From Euryarchaeota archaeon RBG_13_57_23 (GTDB taxonomy: Archaea; Thermoplasmatota; Thermoplasmata; UBA10834), in NCBI GenBank assembly GCA_001800675.1, contig MGVW01000005.1, forward strand, positions 7,493-71,492: a DNA stretch of 64,000 nucleotides, given 5' to 3'. The notes below the pieces were generated by a model. That model searched no databases and had not been told where the DNA came from. It worked only from the letters and a program-made list of their open reading frames with translations. Made by a program: the position numbers and the translations under genes. Below, one piece after another: positions 58,501-64,000 of this stretch (position 1 is the stretch's first letter; every line of letters starts with the position of its first letter).

Positions 58501-60937
58501 CAAGCTTGACAAGGAAGAGATGAGAGAATCCCTGAGGAAGCTGGAGACCGCGAACATCGTTTTCAGGTCAGACCTGAGGGGCCAGACAGTGGTCTATTCG
58601 CTTGGGGAGTTCGAGTCGATGCCGAGGAAGGACTGTCTCATGGAGGCGGTGTCAAGACATCTCGCATATCACGCCCCGATTACCATCGACGACCTCGCGT
58701 ACGAGGTCGGAGTAACGGAGCAGGAAGCGGAGGAGGCACTCAATGAATTGGCCATGGACGAAATCGTCGTCTCAGGAAGGTTCGTTGTGGGTGAGCAACA
58801 GCAGTTCATGTTGGCCAGGGACTACCTCCGTCTCAAATCCGAGGGCAGACCTGTCTACGACAGGGAGACCGTACGGGCGTATTCGGAGCGGAAGCAATTC
58901 GGCAAAGTGGGTTCGGTCAGGGAGTTCTTCGACAAGTTCGGCGAGGCCGGGATGATCTATGACATCTTCCAGCGGGTCGACGGATTTGACATGCAGGAGT
59001 TCGGAGATCTCCGTAGCAAAGGGGAGATACTGCTCGGGAGGTTCGTGCGCGGCAGACTGCGCTATGTGCTTGCGGTAGACGCACCACATTTCCTTGGGGT
59101 TTATCGGCGCAATGAACTGGACAGATATGAATCTGAGATTGTTCGGACCATCGAGAGGTTGGGCTCAGGGACATTCCTGGAGATCGCCCAAGCCACTGGA
59201 TTTCCTCCTGATCTGATGAGAGAGCACTTCGATTCTCTTGATAGGAAAGGGTATCTCCTGAGAGAGTACGACGAGGCCGAGTCGTGGAGTTCTAGGAACG
59301 TCTACACAGTCTGCAAATTGGAGCCGGAGATCGAGAACCCGTACGAGCGCATAATAAGGAAATATCTCAGGGGGTTCGGCCCGGTGACGGTTCTCCAAGC
59401 CGCCTCTTACCTTGACGTGGATCCGAGCGAGGCCGAGGTACTCCTCAGAGGCACAGGTGCCAAGAGCATATTCGTGGGCCTCGAGCGGACCGAGATGTTC
59501 ATACTGCCTGACGAGCTCAGGGAGCTCGACCACGACCACGTTCCCGACGAGAGCCTGCGGATCCTCTCGCTTTACGACTCCTTCCTGAGCGACAAGTGGA
59601 CGGAGATAACTTCGAGGTTCGGGGAAGGCTGGATATTCCCACTTGTCAGGCACGGTAGAATCGTTGGAATGGTCGAGAAGTGGCTGCTCGCTGGCTCGGT
59701 CGAGATCCGCGAGATACTGCTGGACGACCCGGACACTCTCCCTCAACTCATACACTCGTTGGACTCGATGATGTCATTCTACAACGCACTGGGCGTTGAG
59801 ATAATCCGGGTACGAAGCATACTTGGGACAGATGTCTCCGAGGTCAAGGACGGGCTTAAGAGCGAGTTCCTCAAGCACGGCTACTCCGAATCGAACGGAA
59901 TGTTGGTCAAGGGCAGGCTTGTCACGGAATGCTTCGATCTTCAGCAGATACTGGAAGTCGCATTCTCCATGCAGCACCTGACTGGCGCCTCGAAGTTCAA
60001 GGACATGAATCAGGCGCTGGAGGCTTATGGAGGGCTTCGCTCGAACCAGGAGGCGCTTCTCCGTGTCAAGAAGTTCGAGCCGATCCCCAAGCTCCTGAAG
60101 CGCGGAGTGGTCCTCAGAGGTCATCTCATACCGGACAGGGTCGGCTTCTGTACCCCTGAGGCGGCCAGCTTGTACAGATCCGCGCGGTTCAGGGACCTCA
60201 GCGCAGACGAGAAGATCGTCACGCGCATCATCAAAGACCAGGAGCCTGTCAAGAGGGACCGACTGCTGGATCTGTCCCCGCTCGGACACGATGACACAAT
60301 CGAGGCACTCAAGGCCTTGTACAGTTCATCCAGGGTCTACATCGACAATTCCAATGCGTATGTCTCCTCCAAGCGACAGAGGACTTCGAAGGAGGCCGCA
60401 TGGACGAAGGTCATGGGACGAATCTTTGACAGCTTCGGGATAATGAGCGCCGAGTCCCTTGCGCTCCTGCTCGGCCACGAGATACCGATGCGCGAGCTGA
60501 GGCGCTGTCTACGGAGTCTGGAGGATGAGGGCAGATTGGTCAAGGGTTACATGCTCCGAGGGTCCGGGACCTTGCACTGGGCCAGCACCGCAGCCTTTGA
60601 GATGCTAGGCAAGGCGAAGTTCTCCGAGATCTTCGTCATGTCCCCGGGGGACATGGTCATCCAGTATCTCAGGGCCACCTTCCGCAACCTGTTGCCCGAG
60701 ACGGGCAGGTTCGCCATATTCCGCGGCACCGAGCTCATCGGATCGTTCGAGGGGAAGTTGAAGGGCGGCACTCTTGAGATATCGAATGCGCAGGGCGAAC
60801 CGGGGTGCGAGAGGATCATATCGGACTACGCGAAGAAGCTCGGCCTTGCTGCATCTGAGCGCGAGGAGGGGCGGATGTCCGAGTGGGAAATCATCGATTT
60901 CTACCAGAAGACTCACCCTGGCATGGGCGCCGACTGA
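55547..60937 (+). CDS. lhr: Lhr-family ATP-dependent helicase, long form (1796 aa)
   Basis: DEAD/DEAH motifs (SPTGSGKTL, DEVH, SAT), an Lhr-core-like winged helix and domain 4, then a C-terminal extension of about 900 aa. The start may be at the MHPTVSEWF Met (55601). Confidence 0.9.
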   Translation: MVTRVEDTGTTDEVLSLMHPTVSEWFRSKFGEVTEAQGMAVPLIHARRNVVVSSPTGSGKTLTAFLAIINELILLAEKGQLEDRIYAVYVSPLKALANDINENLIKPLSEISELFRAKGLTPPEVKVAVRTGDTLPSERQRQARSPPHIFITTPESLSLVLATPVFSTKFAGVDYVVVDEVHEICDSKRGVALSLALERLQNLCKKEFVRIGLSATVAPLEQVAEYLAGLSDGRPREINVVEVFKQRDLDLKVLCPTKDMTALSFEVVNSKMYDMLKDMINQHKTTLVFTNTRSGAESVVYKLKERGLENIGTHHGSLSRETRMDVEGSLRNGLLKAVVSSTSLELGIDIGSIDLVVQIGSPKSVAKGLQRVGRAGHQYGGTSTGRMVVFESDDLVECAVLCRAAHRKMIDRVTIPVNSLDVLAQTLVGMSIERRWKVEDAFDLIRRSYCYRDLPLEQFDSVLKYLGGKEQFEGIYAKLWYDDKERVFGRKRGARMIYYLNQGTIPEEADYQVYSERGSPVGSLSEKFVERLSQGDIFVLGGRSYEFIKSKATKVFVKSASGRKPTVPSWTGEMLPRSFDLSVAIGQFRGEMEQRLGTMPEQAIAAWLREEFGLDEGSSTTIVNYFKEQKAVAKVPTDSRLLVEGYVDATGNKSAIFHFPFGRRVNDALSRAYASVLSERLRSNVTVSVTDDSFMVTVPRSFKLEELGDMLRSENLERILRNAVRDSELFSQRFRHVATRSFMVLRNYKGKELSVSRQQLRSSRLLDALHEVEKFPVIAETYEEILTEVMDMEHAREVLASIERGERRIEYLPFSGVPSPFAHNVILVGVSDIVLMEDRSMLLRELHRKVLERALGEEAVSEYQFDPDVVEEYYAAKFPRIQSKEDIIGALRLVGPMNIFREKGENIFSHSKVAFDKLRSWGTELLREGKIHSVWIGEDLYVSSEEYPLYACLHSRQVDLGPSEKAIVDELKKSPRTQSELTGLIKLDKEEMRESLRKLETANIVFRSDLRGQTVVYSLGEFESMPRKDCLMEAVSRHLAYHAPITIDDLAYEVGVTEQEAEEALNELAMDEIVVSGRFVVGEQQQFMLARDYLRLKSEGRPVYDRETVRAYSERKQFGKVGSVREFFDKFGEAGMIYDIFQRVDGFDMQEFGDLRSKGEILLGRFVRGRLRYVLAVDAPHFLGVYRRNELDRYESEIVRTIERLGSGTFLEIAQATGFPPDLMREHFDSLDRKGYLLREYDEAESWSSRNVYTVCKLEPEIENPYERIIRKYLRGFGPVTVLQAASYLDVDPSEAEVLLRGTGAKSIFVGLERTEMFILPDELRELDHDHVPDESLRILSLYDSFLSDKWTEITSRFGEGWIFPLVRHGRIVGMVEKWLLAGSVEIREILLDDPDTLPQLIHSLDSMMSFYNALGVEIIRVRSILGTDVSEVKDGLKSEFLKHGYSESNGMLVKGRLVTECFDLQQILEVAFSMQHLTGASKFKDMNQALEAYGGLRSNQEALLRVKKFEPIPKLLKRGVVLRGHLIPDRVGFCTPEAASLYRSARFRDLSADEKIVTRIIKDQEPVKRDRLLDLSPLGHDDTIEALKALYSSSRVYIDNSNAYVSSKRQRTSKEAAWTKVMGRIFDSFGIMSAESLALLLGHEIPMRELRRCLRSLEDEGRLVKGYMLRGSGTLHWASTAAFEMLGKAKFSEIFVMSPGDMVIQYLRATFRNLLPETGRFAIFRGTELIGSFEGKLKGGTLEISNAQGEPGCERIISDYAKKLGLAASEREEGRMSEWEIIDFYQKTHPGMGAD

Positions 60938-60958
60938 GAATGGACAATAGTACAGTAG

Positions 60959-61282
60959 GTGTCCGGATCTAATCCGATTCGTGGTCGATATCGGTTTGTT
61001 GGGCGGAGGATCCTGTCCCTCTTCCTCAAGCCCATGAGGGAGATACCTTTGGCCGCCATGGGGGCGCTAGTGGACGGAGTGGTTGCCGCGATTGCGTCTT
61101 TCTACTTGCCTTCTGAGGTTTTCGCGATCGAGGAGTGGATAGTGCTCGTGATCAATTTCCTGGTCGTCGTATCCATCACACACTTGTTCTTCCACTTCAT
61201 CGAGGATTTGTTGTTGGTCGGCAGGATGGTCCTCGATTGGAAGCCCACAGTGGTTATTGTCGGGCTCGTCGCGATAGCCTAG
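60959..61282 (+). CDS. hypothetical small membrane protein
   Basis: 107 aa, two hydrophobic helices; weak call. Confidence 0.3.
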   Translation: MSGSNPIRGRYRFVGRRILSLFLKPMREIPLAAMGALVDGVVAAIASFYLPSEVFAIEEWIVLVINFLVVVSITHLFFHFIEDLLLVGRMVLDWKPTVVIVGLVAIA

Positions 61283-61312
61283 GGCGTCCTGACACTGATG
61301 GACCTGCCGATT

Positions 61313-62167
61313 CTATCTTACCTCTGAGAAAGCGCACGCGTCTTCCTGAGCTGCAGATCTCTCGTTGAAGTACAGGTACTCCTGGGCATAGCCGGAGTAT
61401 TCTCCGAATCTCTCAGAGGCAAACTCGCTGAGCCTACGATACGATCCTTTCACGTGATATAGCCTGCCGAGAGCGCGTTCGATCCAGATATCGATCGGGA
61501 AAGCCTCGAGCTTTCCGAAACCGAAAAGCGAGACGCAGTCCGAGACCTTCTCACCGACGCCGTCTAGTTCCAAGAGCCTCTCCTTGAGGTCCGGGTACTC
61601 CAGTCGAGTCATGGATTTCATCTCGTTCGGCGTGAGAGAGTCGCACAATCCAGTCACATACTTGGCCCTATATCCGAGACCGCAACGCTCAAGCTCCTTC
61701 TCCGAGGCCTCTCCGAGCCTCTTGATGGTCGGGAAGGCGTGCGCCCCACCCGGGATGGGCTCTCCGTATTTCGTGCAGAGCGTGTCGATCATCTTCTTGA
61801 TGCGCGGTATGTTGGCATATGTTGCAAGAGTGTAGCTGACAAGACACTCCCACTCATCCATTTTGACGATCCGGAGACCGCGGTACTCCTTCATCCCTCG
61901 CACCAGGACTTCGTCCTTGGCCAGGGCTCTTTGGATTCTGGCGACGTCGTCATCTGCTCGCAGATACTCTCGGACTAGCCTCACGACACTGTTGTCCTCG
62001 GTGCTTGCATTGATGGACACTGATCTGGCAGACTGCCTCAGCGTCAGCTGGTATTTCCCCACGATGCCTGTCCATGAACCTCGCTCTAGCTCCTTCCACC
62101 TGAAGGTTTGACCACAATCCAGAGTGAGTGTCAGGTCAAGCGGGCTAATCTCTGTCTTGAAAATCAT
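61313..62167 (-). CDS. ogg: N-glycosylase/DNA lyase (Ogg-type HhH-GPD 8-oxoguanine DNA glycosylase)
   Basis: N-terminal LDCGQTFRW, HhH-GPD LELDGVGEKVSDCVSLFGFG with catalytic Lys and Asp. Confidence 0.8.
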   Translation of the reverse strand: MIFKTEISPLDLTLTLDCGQTFRWKELERGSWTGIVGKYQLTLRQSARSVSINASTEDNSVVRLVREYLRADDDVARIQRALAKDEVLVRGMKEYRGLRIVKMDEWECLVSYTLATYANIPRIKKMIDTLCTKYGEPIPGGAHAFPTIKRLGEASEKELERCGLGYRAKYVTGLCDSLTPNEMKSMTRLEYPDLKERLLELDGVGEKVSDCVSLFGFGKLEAFPIDIWIERALGRLYHVKGSYRRLSEFASERFGEYSGYAQEYLYFNERSAAQEDACAFSEVR

Positions 62168-62187
62168 TCAGAAGAACTTCCCGCACT

Positions 62188-62670
62188 TCATCTCTTGTAT
62201 CCGATCATTCGCAGGAACTTCTTCCTGTCGTCAGCGTCCTTCTCCGTCTCGACGCCCTTCGGCCGCTCCCCGTCAATCACTCCCAAGACGCCTCTTCCGC
62301 GTTCGTTCTCGGCGACGATGACATCGACAGGGTTCGCGGTAGCGCAAAAGATGGAACAGACTTCCTGCAAATCCTTGATCCTGTTGAGCACATTGATAGG
62401 ATAGGCGTTCTCGATCACGACGATGAAAGTGTGACCCGAGCCGATCCTCCCCGCGTTATCGGCTGCCACTTTCTTGAGGCGGTCGTCGTTACCATCAACT
62501 CGTATCAGACACGGTCCAGACGCCTCGCAGAATGCCAGCCCGAACTTGGCTCCGGGAACAGTGCTCACAATTGCCTCGTAGAGGTCCTCTGCAGTCTTGA
62601 TGAAGTGAGTCTGGCCGATGATCACGTTCGCGTTCTCCGGGATTTCGACCCTCACCGATTTTATATCCAT
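62188..62670 (-). CDS. PF04008-like protein ('adenosine-specific kinase' family, DUF355-type)
   Basis: Start refined to MDIKSVRVEIPENANVIIGQTHFIKTAEDL; conserved GSGHTF and CATANP segments. The family assignment is from memory and not verified. Confidence 0.5.
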   Translation of the reverse strand: MDIKSVRVEIPENANVIIGQTHFIKTAEDLYEAIVSTVPGAKFGLAFCEASGPCLIRVDGNDDRLKKVAADNAGRIGSGHTFIVVIENAYPINVLNRIKDLQEVCSIFCATANPVDVIVAENERGRGVLGVIDGERPKGVETEKDADDRKKFLRMIGYKR

Positions 62671-62846
62671 CTCTACCCCCACGTCTCCGCAACGACAATC
62701 GCGTGGAAATAAGTTTCTCCGGATGCCAGTCGTAGCCTCAGACTGTGTTGGAAAAACGCCGTTATCGAAAATCGAAATCAAAACGATTAACTATATATCC
62801 AGGCATACCGTAAACTGCATCTGAAATCCGAAGGAGGCCCCTCTAG

Positions 62847-64000
62847 TTGTCAGACTCCAGCGGGGACAAGCTCTGCCCGATATGCGATTCCCCCCTACAA
62901 CCCGGTTCGAAGAAATGTGGTTTCTGTGGGACCGACCTCTCGATCTTCGATATCGAGACTGAAACAGGCAGATCCACATCGGAACCAGCACCCTCTCAAC
63001 CCAAGGCATCACTAGAGAACAAGATCGAGGAGATACTCAGGCCTAGACCCGTAGAAGTGACCACTACACCACCTCCTGCGCCGTCTCCGCCTGCTGTGAA
63101 GAGGGCCGAGCCTCCTAAGCCAGAACCGCCGAGGCCGGAACCACGGAAGGAGGGGCGAACCATCTCCGAGGTCGTGGAGTCGAAGAGGCTTCCGGAGCCA
63201 CCGAAACCAGCTCCTCCAGTCGTTGCTGAAGAACCTAAGGAGTACTTCGAGTGCCCACAATGCGGCTCGGCGGTGGAGAACACCGCTTCTTCCTGTCCCA
63301 AGTGTGGAGTGTTGTTCACAGAAGAGGGCGCCGATTCATTCGAGTGCCCCGCTTGCAGTACTCTTGTCCCCCTCGATGCCAAGACGTGTCCAGGATGCGG
63401 TGCGGTTTTCGTTGAGGAAGAGGAAGCAGCCGCTGCACCGCCTCCGGCAACTCAGAAGCCTCCGGAGAAACCCGTCGCGGAGGTTAGAATCCCTCCCGCG
63501 AAGGCCGAGACAAAGGCAGCAGTGAAGGAGGAAGAGGAGGCTGCCGAAAAAGGCAAAGGCTTCATGGGATTGTTCAAACGCAAGAAGGAACCAGAGCCGA
63601 CACCTCCCCATGCGAAGCCCGCCCCGTCACCTGCCGCTCCAGCTCCGAAAGCTCCCGCTCCTGCCGGGAGACCGGCGGAAGCACAAGTCGTCAGAGAGGT
63701 CGCTCCCGCACCTGCCCCCAGGCCGTCGGTGAGGCCGGCTGCTGCTGAAGCACCCGGTGGGAGGGATAAGGGCAAGGACCTCGCGAGGATGGTGGCCGAG
63801 ATGAAGCCTCTTCTCGCCGTTGCTAGGGAGAAGGATGTCGACATCGGCGAGAGCAAGCTGTTGATCGACGAAGCTGCGGTTGCGGGAAGAGAGCGTCAGC
63901 TTGACAAGGCGATCGAGCTCGTGGACAAATCCAGGTTGGTGCTGATGGGTAAGATCGACGCGCAACTCGGACAGCTGGTCCTTCAGCTTAACGAGGAGAC
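62847..64000 (+). CDS. multi-zinc-ribbon, proline-rich, C-terminal coiled-coil protein; 3' end beyond window
   Basis: Not in the ORF track, because the ORF is open at the window end. TTG start at 62847 immediately after an in-frame TAG, with an SD GAAGGAGG 10 nt upstream and a TATA-like CTATATAT about 45 nt upstream. Three CxxC-N9-12-CxxC ribbons (CPICDSPLQPGSKKCGFCG; CPQCGSAVENTASSCPKCG; CPACSTLVPLDAKTCPGCG), PxxP-rich linkers, then a helical region. Confidence 0.65.
   Translation, partial: MSDSSGDKLCPICDSPLQPGSKKCGFCGTDLSIFDIETETGRSTSEPAPSQPKASLENKIEEILRPRPVEVTTTPPPAPSPPAVKRAEPPKPEPPRPEPRKEGRTISEVVESKRLPEPPKPAPPVVAEEPKEYFECPQCGSAVENTASSCPKCGVLFTEEGADSFECPACSTLVPLDAKTCPGCGAVFVEEEEAAAAPPPATQKPPEKPVAEVRIPPAKAETKAAVKEEEEAAEKGKGFMGLFKRKKEPEPTPPHAKPAPSPAAPAPKAPAPAGRPAEAQVVREVAPAPAPRPSVRPAAAEAPGGRDKGKDLARMVAEMKPLLAVAREKDVDIGESKLLIDEAAVAGRERQLDKAIELVDKSRLVLMGKIDAQLGQLVLQLNEE

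Noticed and set aside
62996-63965. Four overlapping minus-strand ORFs (62996-63382, 63336-63611, 63452-63856, 63627-63965)
   Set aside because: Antisense shadows of the plus-strand zinc-ribbon/proline-rich gene: CCN Pro codons read as GGN Gly on the opposite strand.
1-64000. CRISPR arrays, IS elements, integrases, rRNA and tRNA genes
   Set aside because: No spaced direct repeats, no transposase/integrase-like ORFs, and no rRNA- or tRNA-like conserved stretches were seen on inspection. A tRNA-scan and an Rfam search would be needed to be certain about small RNAs.

Overview
This window is a euryarchaeal-type chromosomal segment of roughly 58-60% GC; the lineage is not resolved. A Thermoplasmatota-like archaeon is a guess from gene content only. 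Coding density is high, with many overlapping start/stop junctions that indicate operons.

Recognisable core genes:
- a complete A1Ao/V-type ATP synthase operon in the canonical archaeal order H-I-K-E-C-F-A-B-D on the minus strand (about 9.7-18.1 kb)
- DNA polymerase II small subunit (PolD DP1) followed by the ADP-forming acetyl-CoA synthetase alpha subunit
- Orc1/Cdc6 with an adjacent AT-rich intergenic region carrying inverted TTCC-N3-GGAA (mini-ORB-like) repeats, which I take as a predicted oriC
- MCM helicase flanked by Tsr3, a DUF424 protein and Nmd3
- primase PriS, and a 1796-aa Lhr-family helicase
- the conserved rpl18a(LX)-pfdA-ftsY cluster
- HflX, TiaS, dCMP deaminase, Ogg-type glycosylase, class I fumarase alpha/beta, an ECF transporter (A1-A2-T plus an S component), HtpX, a signal peptidase I, a thiolase and an M20 peptidase

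Accessory-looking content worth a second look:
- two KaiC/RecA-superfamily ATPase modules: KaiC-like + DUF835 + V4R next to a CobO fragment; and a tandem trio in which only the first paralog has an intact P-loop, followed by an archaeal type IV pilin-like gene, a small wHTH protein and an RDD membrane protein
- an MttB-superfamily (trimethylamine methyltransferase-like) gene with no in-frame amber codon and no adjacent corrinoid protein
- an HPS::RraA-like fusion
- a CAAX-protease (CPBP) membrane protein with zinc ribbons at both termini
- an SD-preceded, TTG-initiated multi-zinc-ribbon, proline-rich, coiled-coil ORF that runs off the 3' end of the window and is absent from the ORF track
- a membrane-anchored wHTH regulator next to a small secreted His/Trp/Tyr-rich peptide
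- an MCM gene whose conserved N-terminus extends upstream of any canonical in-frame start codon

No rRNA, tRNA, CRISPR array, transposase or integrase was recognised. Many long ORFs in the track are antisense shadows of real genes, as expected at this GC content.
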